Notes: generated by a model from the sequence alone, not told the origin. Shown: positions 23,580-37,215, counted from the whole stretch's first letter. The stretch: 63,915 bases of DNA, filler included, from Octopus bimaculoides (GCF_001194135.2; 4 parts of 4 records of this genome joined end to end with filler, not necessarily neighbours in it); one strand, 5' to 3'. Program-made: numbers and translations.

Positions 23580-23797
23580 CAGGGTGCGCCAGGAGCAACA
23601 TCCTTTTTGCATCTAATAACTTTTATAGTATATAAATGTTTAAGTAATTTTTATTGAACACAAATTTATTGCATTACTTAAAGAAACGAATAATAAACCA
23701 ATGAAAAAAATCACGGAAGTTTTAGGAAATAACAAAGTAACTCAATTAGAAACTAGAAATCTCAAATACAGAAGAGCGTTACTTCTGCCGCACCCTG
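23580..23797. mobile_element. Tc1/mariner MITE (218 bp)
   Basis: TA|CAGGGTGCGCCAGGAGCAAC ... GTTACTTCTGCCGCACCCTG|TA; imperfect TIRs with TA on both sides. Confidence 0.8.
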
Positions 23798-23799
23798 TA

Positions 23800-24909
23800 T
23801 ATCTACTACATATGTGGAAAATCGGTGTGTGTTTGTTTGTGGCGTTGTTAGCTAACTCCTCCTACATAGTTTTATTGATTTTGATGAAACTTAACACGTG
23901 AGTAGAACTCATGTCTGGAAACCTCGTGACATACTTAGATTGTTGAAAACTCAATAATACGGCCCTGGAAGGGATCTTTATATCTACATATAACTATTTT
24001 TTAAAATACCCAAGGGAAATAACCCATAGCATCTGTACAATATATTTTTTAAACACTCAAGGAAAATAACCCATTTCATTGTTTATGTTCGATTACTTTG
24101 ATTATTGATTTTTTCGTTTGTCCTATATCTAATTTTTGCAGACAATATCACTTTTATACTTTATTTGTTGGAAAAAATCGATAAAATGTCCCTTCTAATG
24201 GATCCTTCTTCTACTACATATTAATAATATTTTATTTAAACCCAAGGGAAATAACCCATACTGCCTGAAGATTTTAGTGAAGCGATCAATATTTGATTCT
24301 CACGATCATCCGACCTAATTCTGCATTTCAATGTTCACAGTTTTGAACTGCTAAACATTATTATTGCACTTCCTTAATTTGAATCTTCAACCTTAAAGAC
24401 TTCATTCATACATTTCTATACATACATACTTTTTTGAATGCCCATTACTCCGATAATTCTTCATTTTTACAGTTACTTCATGCAGGCATCGATAATTCTG
24501 CATTTTTACAATGGCTTCATGCAGGCATCGCATGGATTCGATCCTCGATTGCCGAATTTCACTCAACACTTCAACAGCGCTTTTCTCACGGTAAAACTAG
24601 TTTTTCTGTGAATGGCAGCAGTTATACATTTCCCAGATGCCTTCGCTGGGCAGAATAATGTCTTTGCCTCTCGCACCTCCGACAACTTCTCTCACCAACC
24701 TCCGACAATCTTTTTCGCCAACCTTCGAAACCTCTCTCGCCAACATCCAACGATCTCTCCCTCCTCCAGCTGACAGTCTTTTGTACTTTTTCATAACGGA
24801 AAATGCACCTTCTGTGGCAGTTATAATGAAATTGCTTTCTTATATCAGTGTAATTAGGCGTTTCAATAGAACATCTTTACCCTCGTGAATTACCGGGTAC
24901 ACCAGCTTG

Positions 24910-24912
<3 letters not shown>
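23800..24912 (+). mobile_element. Putative non-autonomous Helitron-like element
   Basis: Begins TCTACTACATAT..GTGTGTGTTTGTTTGT, has internal subrepeats CCCAAGGGAAATAACCCAT (x3) and a 39-bp tandem duplication at about 24450-24530, and ends ACCGGGTACACCAGCTTGT (resembling hairpin plus CTAG|T). Confidence 0.4.
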
Positions 24913-24951
<39 letters not shown>

Positions 24952-25220
24952 TAAAATCTGGTAATAATCATATATTAATTAATATCGATTAATTATCAGG
25001 AGGCCAGCACATCTAAAGAATCAAAGAGATTCAGAATCTCAGGGGATTAAGGTACATTTAAAAAAATAACGTTGACCAGTAACGTGGACAATTAATGTGC
25101 TAGAAATAGATCACATCTTGTGTCTATTAAGACCTAAATTGTTCTCAACATGAAATATAGCAGCATACCAAAACGTAAGCGGGCAAGGCATTTAAAATCA
25201 CCTAAAAAAGCATTCTTAAA

Positions 25221-25320
25221 NNNNNNNNNNNNNNNNNNNNNNNNNNNNNNNNNNNNNNNNNNNNTTAATTAATTAANNNNNNNNNNNNNNNNNNNNNNNN
25301 NNNNNNNNNNNNNNNNNNNN
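25221..25320. other. Artificial scaffold spacer N44-TTAATTAATTAA-N44
   Basis: Exactly 100 bp with stops in all six frames; the same construct recurs at 53372-53471 and 62525-62624. Confidence 0.95.
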
Positions 25321-25598
25321 TATATAAATTGGATATATAGAGTTGAAAGGAAGAGAAGGATTGAGAAACAGACATATAGATAGATATATTAAAATGTATA
25401 TCTACATTTATAATAGTATATATACATACATGAATGCAGACATGGCTCTATGGTGAAGAGATTTCTCCTCAACCACACGGTGTCGCGTCCAATTCCCCTG
25501 CGTAGCACTTTGGGTTGCTGTCCTCTACCATACCATCGTACCGACAAAGACCTTGCGTGTGAATCCTTAGTAGAGGAAGCTGAAAGAAGCCTACAGTT

Positions 25599-25638
<40 letters not shown>

Positions 25639-26569
25639 AACGTACATGCATACATACATGCATATATACATACATACATACATACATATGCGCGTGTGTA
25701 GTGTGGGTGTATGTGTGTTTGTGTATGCTTTTGTCCCCACTTCCACCACCGCTGGATAACCGGTGTTGTATTGCTTACAACCCCGTAATTTAGGGACCAT
25801 TAAAATGAGTAACATGATTTACATATATATATTAATTTTTCGATTCATTCAACAAAAATATTACAAGGCTGTGTTGCAGCATAGCCACAATCTGGCCATT
25901 GAAATATAACAGATACGTCTATACATGGAGGATATTCCGCAACAATCAATGTGAAACAATCAGAACTGAAGCAATCAAGTGACGTTGGCTGGTATACCAC
26001 GAAGTTGCTTGCAGTTTACTGGCAGAAGAAATTTCGTAAACATTATCAAACACACATACATAATACATGAACAGCGCACGTTCACCGCTAGGCTACGATA
26101 TGACGCGATATAGATGACTTTCTCAAAATGTCGAGTGTCAAAACACCTGATGTCCCGGCATCAAGCACAGCTTATATATTATGTATGTGTGTCCTATAAT
26201 GTTTCCAACTATGGTGCTGCTTCTAATTCATATTTAAAACATCGTAACTTCATTCATCTTTTGCATTAGTCCCTTCAATTCTTCCCTTGCTAGCTCCATC
26301 TATAGACCCATCTATAGATCAGTAAATATCTTAAGTGTATACAAATAGGTAATTATCATACAAGGACCAAAGTTTTGCTCTAAGCTAAAAATATAGAATT
26401 GCTGTCTTGTTGCAGATGACAAAATGGAATACTAGAGTGATAATATTCCTGGTAGTTGAGAGGCTACAACATTACTTGTAAACTTCATGCGATTTCAATA
26501 ATAGGTTTGACATGAAATTCGGTGAAATGTGCTGATGTATACTCTACTGCGACAGCATAATATGTATAT

Positions 26570-27305
26570 ATATATTTTTTCCTTGCCTTTATCCCTCCAA
26601 CGCGGAGTATAGGCCACTTATAATTGGATTCCATGTCGCACAATTTCTCGCTTCTGTACTTATACTCTGCCATGAATGTCCCCCTTTCTCTAGTTCCTTT
26701 TGTGTTGATCTACGCCACGAGTTCTTAGGCCTACCCCTCTTTCTATAGCCATCCGTATTCCACTGTAAAGCACTTTTCGCTACATTTGGTGTGTCTTTTC
26801 TAGTCGTTCTACCAATCCACTTCCACTTTTTTTTAAATATTTCTTCCCTAATCGAAACTTGATTCGTTCTTTGCCATAGCTCCATATTGCTTATGTGTTC
26901 GGGCCATCTAATTTTAAGTATACTACGCGAGCGCCTGTTGATAATTGATTGTATTTGCTTATTTGACTTAACTGTTGTTCACCATGTCTCCGCCCCATAC
27001 AGTAACACCACTTTTACGTTAGTATTAAAGATTCTTATTTTGTTCTTTAATGAAATTACACATGCGCTCCATACTTTTTTTAACAGGTGGAAAGCGGTCC
27101 TTGCCTTACTTATTCTCATCTTAATATCTTCGTCGGTGCCGCCTGAGAACGTTATCTTACTACCTAAATATGTAAACTCGGCTACATCCTCTAGTTCACC
27201 GGTTTCTAGTTTAGTACGTTCGCTGTTTGTTCTTTTTTTCCATTAACGCGCATAATTTTTGATTTGTCGCGGTTGACGTTCAATCCTAGTTTGGTAGCTA
27301 AACAA
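26570..27305 (-). mobile_element. RTE-clade LINE, 3' fragment
   Basis: GLNVNRDKSKIMR..FTYLGSKITFSGGTDEDIKMRISKARTAF..KIRIFNTNVKVVLLYGAETW..KWKWIG..ALQWNTDGYRKRGRPKNSWRR. Confidence 0.92.
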
Positions 27306-27754
27306 TTAAGAGGCAAGCGAAAATATTTCGAAAATTTAGCAACGACAGCAGAACATGAAAAAGCTGTACAACACAACTAAATCCGGGAAGAGAGTAAGAG
27401 CAGAAAAGGCAAAAAAGGGAGACAGAGACGGAGTAACAGGCAGACAGGCAGACAGACAAATAGAGATAGATACAGATATACATAAATTTAAATATAGATG
27501 ATTGTACATATACGCATACACTTATGAGTGTATAACTGTGAATGTGAGACTATGTCTCTGTGAGTATGTGAGTATAAGAGTGTGTGAATATCACGGTCTT
27601 ATTTGGTTCCTGAGGTACGAATTCGAGTTCTTTCATTGTGTTAAACTTTGACGGAGTAAATGAAATACAATGTGTGTTTATGTAAATTGTAGCCAATGAT
27701 GTGAAAATTCCAGATTGCAGCTTATCTTTTGTTACTTTATTTATCATACCCTGC

Positions 27755-27786
<32 letters not shown>

Positions 27787-27879
27787 ATCATCGCATTCCA
27801 TGCTAGCATGAGTTGGACGATTTGACTGAGGACTGGCGAAGCAGGGAAATTTGGATTAAATCATTCAACCATCCATCGG

Positions 27880-28645
27880 CAGCTGCGTTCCATCGGAAAA
27901 TCAGCAAATTAGCTCAATGGGTTCTTCACACAAATTTGCCGAGTTTAATCGTGCGCAACGTGTAAATATGCACTCTTCTTTTCTGTCACGTACTACGAAT
28001 GACTATTTTATTGGACCGAAAAGTGACGGGCAACGAGAAGGGAGTTCTCTATAAAACTGTCAAAAGCCGAAAATACTGAGTAGGGAAATGAGAAACACCG
28101 ACACCCCATGCTAGAAAAGCTCTTCACCCAAGTAAAGCGTAGTTATCCGTTTGGTGGGACATGAAAGGTTTAGTCAACTTTGAACTTTTAAGCCCAAATG
28201 AAACGATAACACAGGAAATCTACTGCAAAGCAGCTTGAGAGGTTCGAGTCAGCGCTAGAAGAAAAACGACCATCTTTGGTTTCAAGACGAAAAGTGCTCG
28301 TCCATCAGGATAATGCTCGGTCACATACAGCGACGATGACATTCCAAAGGCTGGAGAAGTTTGAATGGTAAACGATGCCACAGACCGTACATATTCGCCG
28401 GTCATTGCTCCATCTGATCATCCTTTTTCCGCAGTATTCAAAATCGGGTACCGGAGGAGTACCTTTCGTCACTGACAGGTCGATTTTGTAAGAGGAGCCA
28501 TGCAAGTCTAGCAGACAGATGGAAGAGCATTGTAGAAAATGATGGAGAGTACATTTCAGATTAGAAAAGAACTTTGTTTATCTTAAATTTTATAAAATAA
28601 AAGAAGTATAGACAAACTGCATTATTTATGGCATAAGACAATATA
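27880..28645 (+). mobile_element. mariner (DD34D) transposon 3' portion, decayed
   Basis: Degenerate WVPH-like start, VWWDMKG, LVHQDNARSHT, YSPVIAPSD and IVENDGEYISD*, with a right-end remnant near 28640. Confidence 0.85.
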
Positions 28646-29091
28646 TAAATATATGTGTATCAATAAGTGTGCATGTCACGACTTATCAAAAACGTATATA
28701 GTTTGCTCCACTTCCTTAAGCGCGAAGGCTTGTATCAGTATTAGGATGTGAAAACTTTGCTCACTCGAACACACACACACACACAAACAGAAATCTTTGT
28801 TTGTCTATGAATATGTAAATATGCATATATAAGAAGGGCGCTGAAAGGTTCCTAGGTTTGGTTATAGTAAATACATGACGATCAGTAAATAATGGTTCAT
28901 TCAGCATATACTCCTCTCAAATTCATACACTTGTTGCAGTGGTCAGTCACTTTTTCTAAGCTTGAAAAAATAACTCGGAAGTTTGCTCCTCCAACCACGA
29001 TTTTTTGCTATGCCAGGAATATTTCAGCGTGCCTTCGAATACGAAATAACAAGCATGCTCTCTCTGTCTCTCTCTTTCTCTCTCTATATGT

Positions 29092-29132
<41 letters not shown>

Positions 29133-29549
29133 CAAATTTACAGAAAACAAAAGACAAAGACAAGTGTAGGAAGAACAAGCAAGTGCATAATTCTAACGCG
29201 TCTTTTGTTTCGCGCTTACGCTCTGCGAAAGAAACTATTAAGAGGGGAAAGGTGGAGAGATAATAAAACAAAAGAAAACGGAGAGAGGAAAACAGTGTAG
29301 AGTTCAGCAGGCCAACATGGCGATATGATGGGAAAAAGAGGTTAAATGCAAGAGAGATAAAAAACTAAGGTGCAATAGCGTATGTGATTATGTGAGAATA
29401 GTGTGTGTTAGTAGTATGTGAATGTCGGCGAGTGAGTCTTAAGTATGTGTGAGTAACGTGTTTTGTGTGTTGTACGTAGCAGTTGCGTGCTTGTTCAGGA
29501 GTTGTGTGCTCGTGTGTGTGTATGCGACCAAATATTGTGCATTCGTGTA

Positions 29550-29603
<54 letters not shown>

Positions 29604-31179
29604 CGGGCAAAACAAATGCCGCATGATTATTTATTGTTTTCGAAAGCAGCTGTTTAACGTTTTCCTTACGAAGATTTACGACTGTCAGCTCTAATATCGA
29701 AAAGAAATCTACACAAAGATACAGATACATGCATGTCCATATACGAAGGCCCGTTAGACATTTGCTTACTACCAAATATTAACTCACAAATGACTAATCG
29801 CCTTGAAACTACGATACGTGGTATTTATTTTCAGTGCTTACAAAGAACGAATCTTATATGCAATGGCAGATAAGAGGTTGATAAAAACTACACTATCATC
29901 TGTGTACCGATCATATAAACACCTTAGTGCTAAAAATTTGTGAAGGTCTTATTAAAATAATTCTAAATAAATGCTCATGTCTTAAGTTCTAAATGTTTGT
30001 AAGCCATTTCATTTCTAACTTATACGTCAAAATGAAGCAAATGGCATTCTTTCAATATCTTAATACATAGAAATTCCACATTAAACGTTTTCCACTCTAC
30101 TTTCTCAAACTTTCTCCATTTATCATACCAATTGCTTGCTTTCTACGCATTGTCTTTTTCGTTCGCTTAAACTAAATATGACATTGCAATAAATTATAAA
30201 TTGAATAAAATAATAACGTAATTTTAAAAATAAATTTGAAATTTGAAAACCATTCCTTTCTAACCAGTAATCAATTTATGTTGAATTAATCTCTCGTGTA
30301 ACCAGACCAAATATTTTTTGTTTATTTTTCGTCGTTTTTGTTCTTTCAATTTGCATTTATATTATGACCAATCCTGACTTTTAGTTTGGCTAATTTTCTA
30401 CGTCTTAATATAGTTTAAGTCCAATAACTCAAATGAATTGATTATTATTTCTAACACGAGAGAAAGGAAATGAAAGTTACCATCATTCTTATTGATTTTT
30501 CACTTTATATTCAAATTGTTATTCAACCACTTCTCCAACTTTCCATCTTCCAATCTCCATTTACTTGGCTCCGTAATTTTTTCTTCATCCTCTTCAACAT
30601 CATCATAATCATCATCAACTTCTTCTTCTTCTTCTTCTTCTTCACGTGATCATTATTATTATCAGTATTATTTTTATTATTATTATTATCATAATTATCA
30701 CCATTATGTTTATTATTGTTTTTCTTATTGGAATTAATATTAACATGGTTCGCCTTTGCTCTAAATCATTATTATTAATTATCATCAATATCATCACCCT
30801 CATCATCAGCACAACCACTAGCACCATCAGCATTATTGTCGTTACTACTACTACTACTAATAATAATAATAGTAATAATAATAATAATAATAATAATACA
30901 ACTACTACAGCTACTACAATTACTACTATTACTACCAATACCACTACCACTGCCATTACTACTACTTCTACTACAACTACTATCGTTATTGTCATCAATA
31001 GAAATTTAAATTATTGCTTTTATTATTAATAATATAATTCTTAATATTATTATTAGTGTTAATATTGTCAACGTAATTATTGTTACTATTGTAATTATTG
31101 AATGTCCATGTGAATAAATGTCTCCAAAGGAATGATGTTTGAATGTTAAACATGACTACACCGCAACCACCAACCCGGG

Positions 31180-32134
31180 ATTACATAATATTTCCTACTC
31201 TAGGCACAAGTCCCGATTTTTTTTTTGGGGGGGGGGGCAGTCGATTAGATCGACCCAGTACGCAACTAGTACTTAATTTATCGATCCCGAAAGTCGACGT
31301 CGGCGGAATTTGAACTTGTTGACGATTCATTTCTTTATAGCCTACAAAGGGGATAAACATAGAGGGGACAAACAAGGACAAACAAAGGGATTAAGTCGGT
31401 TACATCGACCCCCAGTGCGTAATTGGTACTTAACTTTTCCAACCCGAAAGTATGAAAGGTAAAGTCGACCTCGGTGGAATTTCAACTCAGAACGTAAAGA
31501 CAGGCAAAATGCCGCTAAGCATTTCGCCCGGTGTACTAACGTTTCTTCTAGCTCGATGCCGTGTTTCCTCCTCAGATATTATTTCTGTACTGAAATTATT
31601 TGTAACTATTTATGCAAACACCGATTTACATAGTTTATTAGTGTTTCACACAGCCACGCTTTGGTTAAGACGTTGGTGTCGCTACCACGTGGTTTCAGGT
31701 TTTGTCCTACAAAGCGAGAACCTAGCTAAGTTAGCTCTAACTCCAATACTAACTAGTGCCTCGGCAATGCAATTCAGTTGTAAGAAACTGCGTAGAAGTC
31801 TGTTCTGAATCATGTATATATTGACCTCTAACACCAGGTTACTAGTATCGTAATGCTTAAGCGAAATAATGATAAAAACAACAGCAGCAAAAACAACAAC
31901 AACAACAATAATAATAATAATCCTTTTTACAATAAGCATATGTCGTGAAATCTTTTGTGAGTGAATGAGTCGATTACATTGACCCCAGTTTTCGACTGGT
32001 ATTTATTTTATCGACTCCGAAAGAATGAAAGGCAAAGTCGACCTCGGCAGAATTAGAACTCAGAATGTAAAGACGGACGAAATCCTGCTAAGCATTTTGC
32101 CCAGCGTATTAACAGTTCTGCAAAACTCACCGTT

Positions 32135-32135
<1 letters not shown>
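31180..32135 (-). mobile_element. Cluster of about 3 SINE family B copies with CpGs retained
   Basis: GTCGATTAGATCGACCCCAGT..TTTATCGATCCCGAAAG..AAAGTCGACCTCGG..GAATTTCAACTCAGAACG. Further copies at about 35690-35775, 38590-38780 and 40490-40700. Confidence 0.75.
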
Positions 32136-32180
<45 letters not shown>

Positions 32181-32182
<2 letters not shown>

Positions 32183-32740
32183 TGGAAGCTATGCCAACAC
32201 TACGGAATAACAACAGAAAAAAGGATGGTATAAACACACGCCAGAAAAGGTCACAGAAAACGAGAAAGCAACCATACTCTGGGATATGCCAATACACACA
32301 GATAGAGAAATTAAGGCAAATAAACCAGATATAGTTGTCAAAGATCATGAAGAAAAAAATGCTTTCTAATTGATGTATCAATACCAGCAGATGACAACGT
32401 TTCTCTAAAAGAAATGGAAAAACATTCAAAATACAAAGACCTGGAAATAGAGATAACTCGAATGTGGAATCTAAAAACAGAAACAATTCCTATCATAGTA
32501 GGTGCCTTAGGTATAATAAAAAAATATTCAGACAAATACATAACAAAAACACCAGGACTTACAAATATATATAACATACAGAAAAATTGCACTACTGGGT
32601 ACTGCACACATTCTACGCAAAACACTTTCAATACAGTAAACATAAGAGCACCACAGCAAACCACAGCACACAGAGCTGCGCTCGGTAGTGAAGTGAAAGC
32701 ACGTTATAAAAATAAAACTACTGAACAATAATAATAATAA
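32181..32740 (+). mobile_element. R4/Dong-clade non-LTR retrotransposon, well-preserved 3' end
   Basis: ILWDMPIHTDREIKANKPDIVVKDHEEKKCFLIDVSIPADDNVSLKEMEKHSKYKDLEIEITRMWNLKTETIPIIVGALG (PD-(D/E)xK endonuclease), then a 3' UTR and (AAT)n tail. It is preceded by a long (AAT)n run. Confidence 0.92.
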
Positions 32741-35024
32741 GAAGAAGAATAGGAAGAAGAAGAAGAAGAAGAAGGAGAGTCACCAATGATAATAAAATGT
32801 AATGATAGTAGATATTTCAGCGACATGTTCGTAAAATGAGGTCAATACAGAAGACCAACAAATCAGGGCAGTGAAATATCGAAGATAAACAAATCAACAC
32901 GAAATGACCAAGTACATAAACAAGACTCCCATTTGTCATTCTGTATACAGTCGAATGTTTGTGAAGCTCACACACATATGAAAATATCAAATATTACCAA
33001 TGTAAAACCCCTTATTTAATTCACATTTATAAGTACGCTTTATCTTTGAAATGCAAACAAAACGAATCAGACCATTTCAACATTGAAATAAAGAACTCTA
33101 TTTAGCCTACGGAATCCCTGGCAATATATCATTCAGCAATTGAAACGATGATTTTCTAACCGTGAGTCGATTGCAGTAACTATGCAAATAAATTCTGGTG
33201 ATATCATTATATATGTCGGACTCTGTGAAAATCCGATTGCTAATCACAAAGTCCAATGTCTTCATGTAGAAAGAGAAAATGTATTTTACTAACTTATAGG
33301 TAATGTTTGATCGTAACATATTAACCATCCAAAACGTACAAATATTATAAAAAATATGTGGTTAGAGAAAAATAATGTAAAAACTTGGATAAAATATTGC
33401 GAACTTTGGAAGGATTTTAAAATGGCAGGATGATAAACAACGAGACGAAAAATATACAAAGGTATGCAGTGAAAATATATCATTAGACGGCACATAGCAA
33501 AACTAAAATGAATGATACCAGGAAATTAAAACAGGACAGAACCAATAGATACGGGATTCCACAATACACTAGATTCTGTAAAAGAAAAATAAGTATCAGA
33601 GTCGAATAGATGTACAACACAGGAGATCTAAATTCGGATTACAAATACTACTGAACTGACCATGCAAAAAACAGTCTATGTAGTAGAGCAAGGATAAAAC
33701 CAAACAGAAAGCAAAACGAAAAGAGACAATGAAAATGACCGTCGCTCCATTATAAAGCAACCAACTATCCGTCGTTACATATCCTCGACCTCTTATTCAA
33801 TGCCAAACAGAATAACAATGGAATTCATGAAACACCATCGAGCGGTAGCATAAAAGAGTATCCAAATCAATTAATCCTTCTTATAATGATATCTATACAT
33901 ATGTATGCCCTTGTGTCGTAAAGTTGAAATTTTTTTCATTGTCTACCCTTATGCAGTCTACACACGCACACACACACATACAATCAAACTGAATAACGTA
34001 ATATTCAATACCGTGTGAAGTAAACGTTTGACTTACTAAAATTACTTCCGTAACAAGAGGCAAAACAACTAGGTGGAAACTAACACAATCTCCTTTGGAA
34101 GTAGTAGTAGTAGTAGTAGTAGTAGGAGTAGAACTACTACTACTACTACTACCATTACTATGGAGACATGCTCTGTCATAGCGCGTCGCCCCTCCTGGCA
34201 GAGGAGTCTTTGCACCACTCACGGAACAACCCTCCAGCCTAAGGGTCTGTTTGGATAATCACCGCTGGTGACGGATTTACGAGGTCGGAGTGCAAATCCT
34301 ATTTCAACTTCTTTTACTTGTTCTTTACAACACGCAAAGGAAACATTGGGCCTATTTTCTTGGCATGCCAATCCCCACACTGCATATCTGCTTGTTAATT
34401 CTGGAATAATCTCAAGAATCAAGAATCCTCAAAACTGACGAGCCTATTAAAGAAAATAGAGTAACACCCTCTGAATACGAGCGGTCAGTTGTGGATATTC
34501 TATTTCATGAGTTCAGATGAGCGCAATCGCTCACTTATCTTGTCTCAGCAGACAAGACATTTAGACTTGTGAAAATGAACAATTTATGTCAAAGTAATTT
34601 GTGTTATTTAAATAACAATAACACTGCATGTATTTGAATACCATGTAATTGCCAGCAATAAGTAACCCACGGCCATAGCCAGTATCGTATTTACAATTAA
34701 AAGGAAAATATTTCTGTGCCTGAAATTTAAGAACCCCAGCATGGGCACTGCCCGATGATTGAAACGACAAGAAAATAGATAGAAGACATAGTCTACTCGT
34801 AAACTTCTATCGTTTTGTAGGTGATATTTATGTGTCTATTCAGAAAGAGATTATACTGCCCTAAGCAAAGTTTTGAAATCATTAAGGCAATGTTTCGTAA
34901 TGTGTGTGTGTGTGTGTATTACAGACCAGAAATAGACTTTCGAACGCAGTATAACTGAAAAAAACGGTAGCAAGTTTGGATATTTATTCTTGAAAGATGG
35001 GGCAAAATAAAAATAACAAACAGT

Positions 35025-35096
35025 TGCTAGCAGGTGGAATTGAACCCCGTGTCCCTTAGATACCAGGTGAATGTGCTGCCATTAAGTTAGACGGCC
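35025..35096 (-). pseudogene. tRNA-like sequence (Thr-like, loop CTGGTAT), head of a dispersed repeat
   Basis: Minus strand: GGCCGTCTAACTTAATGG..CACCTGGTATCTAAG..GGGGTTCAATTCC. Stems are broken. Confidence 0.45.
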
Positions 35097-35282
35097 CTTG
35101 ACAACAATTACTGTCAATTTTAATTCTAAATAATAGGTTTTGTGAATGCGAGAATATTTCATAAACAAACTTTGGAAGCGTCAAATGTGTCTGGAATTGA
35201 AACACAAGAAAGTAAATTTGAAACGCAGTATAGTTGTGAAAACAGAAGAAGGGTTGGGTATTTACCTTTAGAGGATGAAAAA

Positions 35283-35352
35283 TTTCGCTACGGGGTTTGA
35301 ACTTGTACCCTTCAGATACCGGCTGAGTGCGCCCCCATTAGGCTAAGCGGCC
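35283..35352 (-). pseudogene. tRNA-like sequence (Thr-like, GGT in anticodon position), second tandem copy
   Basis: Minus strand: GGCCGCTTAGCCTAATGG..CTCAG-CCGGTAT-CTGAA..AAGTTCAAACCCCGTAGCG, followed by TTTTT. Partial cloverleaf only. Confidence 0.5.
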
Positions 35353-35399
35353 CCTGACAACATCTATATAATAATCTGCTTCTTCGTTCGCCTGTTATA

Positions 35400-35495
35400 T
35401 AGGGTGTCCACAAAGTGTGGGTACATGGATCAAATAAAATCATACCATAAACAATTAGATATAATATAATGTACCCAAACTTTGTGAACACCATG
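35400..35495. mobile_element. 96-bp Tc1/mariner MITE
   Basis: TAGGGTGTCCACAAAGTGTGGGTACAT...ATGTACCCAAACTTTGTGAACACCATG with TA flanks. Confidence 0.75.
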
Positions 35496-35773
35496 TACAT
35501 TAGTTAGAGAGGTGGAGTAAGTGAGAAGTGGAGTATAAGTGAGAAAGAGAGGGAGAATTGTGGGTAGAGAAGAAAGGCCAAATGCATCACGTGTTTAGTT
35601 GAAGGAAGAGGTGAAGAAAATGCTACATAGCACTTAGAAAATGCTACATAGCACTTAGAAACATTGAGTTATCTCTGGCTGCAGGAACTCGCATAGGAAT
35701 TTAAGCATAAAGACAGACGAAATACCGTTAAGCATTTCGCCCGGCGTGCTAACGTTTCTGCCAGCTCGCCACC

Positions 35774-35812
<39 letters not shown>

Positions 35813-35816
<4 letters not shown>

Positions 35817-36800
35817 TTTGGTGTCAGAAGAAAAGAAAGGGTAGTAGGACGAAGGTTCCAGGAACGCATGATTTATTATAGATAGACAAAGCAGTTCTAA
35901 ATGAAGTAAAATCTAAAAGGAAAAAATAACAATAACATGGACAGTTTATAAGACAGCCTACTATATGACTCCACATTCATGGATAAGTGAACGTTTGACT
36001 CTATTTAGTATTGCAGAAAACATAAGAGAATTAATTAGCTTTAGCATGAAGAAATGGAAAGTAGAAGTCTACTCAGGTGACACAGCCTAAAGGAAAGTTG
36101 ATATCAAGAGAGGAATTTTTCAAGGAGACTCGTTATCCTCTTAACATTCATCGTTTATTTAATCCTCATCAGTTTAGAATTAAAGGAGGCAAAAGCATCT
36201 GTTCAGAAAAGGTAAAGGTAAAATAAGCCATTTGTTCCACATGGGTGATCTGAAGCTTCTTAGTAAGAATAAAATAAATAGATTCCTTAATATAAAGTGT
36301 TAATTTCTTCAACGAAGATACGGGTATAAAATTTGGCATAGACAAGTTTACAATACTAGTCATGAAAAATGAACAGGTAGTCAACAGACGGACAGACTAA
36401 TAGAAGCTCGAAAGCCTGATTAAGGATTAGTGGACAAAGAGAATAGAAATGCTAGGTAATTGACTTAACTGTTCCAAATGATGATAAAGTCAATATGAGA
36501 GGTATAAAGAAAATAGTAAAGAACCAGAACCTAGTCTTTGAGTTACAGAGACTACGGAAGGTGCGGGTAAAATGTATCCCTTTAGTTAAAGGAGCATTAG
36601 AGACTATTCGTATGGATTTGAACAGATGGATAAAGGCAATAGGCATAAAACCTAATTTAGTACAGCTCTAGAAAACAGTGTTATTAGGGATAGCTTGAAT
36701 ACTTGTGAGATTTCTTGGCATATAAAGTTACTTGTTGTAGCCCGATGTTAGGAATTTTATCTTTTCAACCATATACTTTGTTGTGCGTATATGAAATAAT
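35813..36800 (+). mobile_element. R4-clade LINE fragment: RT domain joined to endonuclease C-terminus
   Basis: IDKAVLNEVK..TPHSWI..DIKRGIFQGDSLS..SHLFHMGDLKL..GIKFGIDK, then ALETIRMDLNRWIKAIGIKPNLVQL.KTVLLG. Starts right after (TAA)n and ends in AATAATAAT. Confidence 0.8.
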
Positions 36801-37215
36801 AATGGTTTCAAATTTTTGCCACGAGGGCAGTAATTTTGGGGAAGGGGATGTGTCAATTACTTATGTTATGGACTCCAAAAGAATGAAAAGTAAAGTCAAC
36901 CTCGGCGGAATTTGAACTCGGCGACTGGCGAAATATGTCCAGCGTGCTAACGATTCTGCCAGCTCAACTTATTGCGATTAATAATAATAATGGTCCTTTC
37001 TACTCTTGTGACAAGACCTGACATTTTGGAGGAGTGGGAAAATCAATTAGATCGACTCCAGTACGCCACTGGTACTTAATTTATCAATCCCGAAAGGATG
37101 AATGCCAAAGTCGACTTCGGCGGAATTTGAACCCAGAACGTAGCAACAGACGAAATACGGCTAAGCATTTCGTCCAGCGTGCTAACAATTCTGCCAGTTC
37201 ATCACCTTAATAATA
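36800..37215 (-). mobile_element. Two tandem SINE family B copies
   Basis: Same diagnostic motifs as the other family B copies, separated and followed by (TAA)n. Confidence 0.75.

Noticed and set aside
30020-30070. KWHS-like peptide as the next PH-domain exon
   Set aside because: No similarity beyond two or three residues and no suitable splice sites.
30642-31029. Hydrophobic and poly-I/T/N ORFs resembling membrane or mucin proteins
   Set aside because: Degenerate trinucleotide repeats lack stops in some frames; likewise 17456-17733, 53662-54148, 57617-58049 and 60995-61633.
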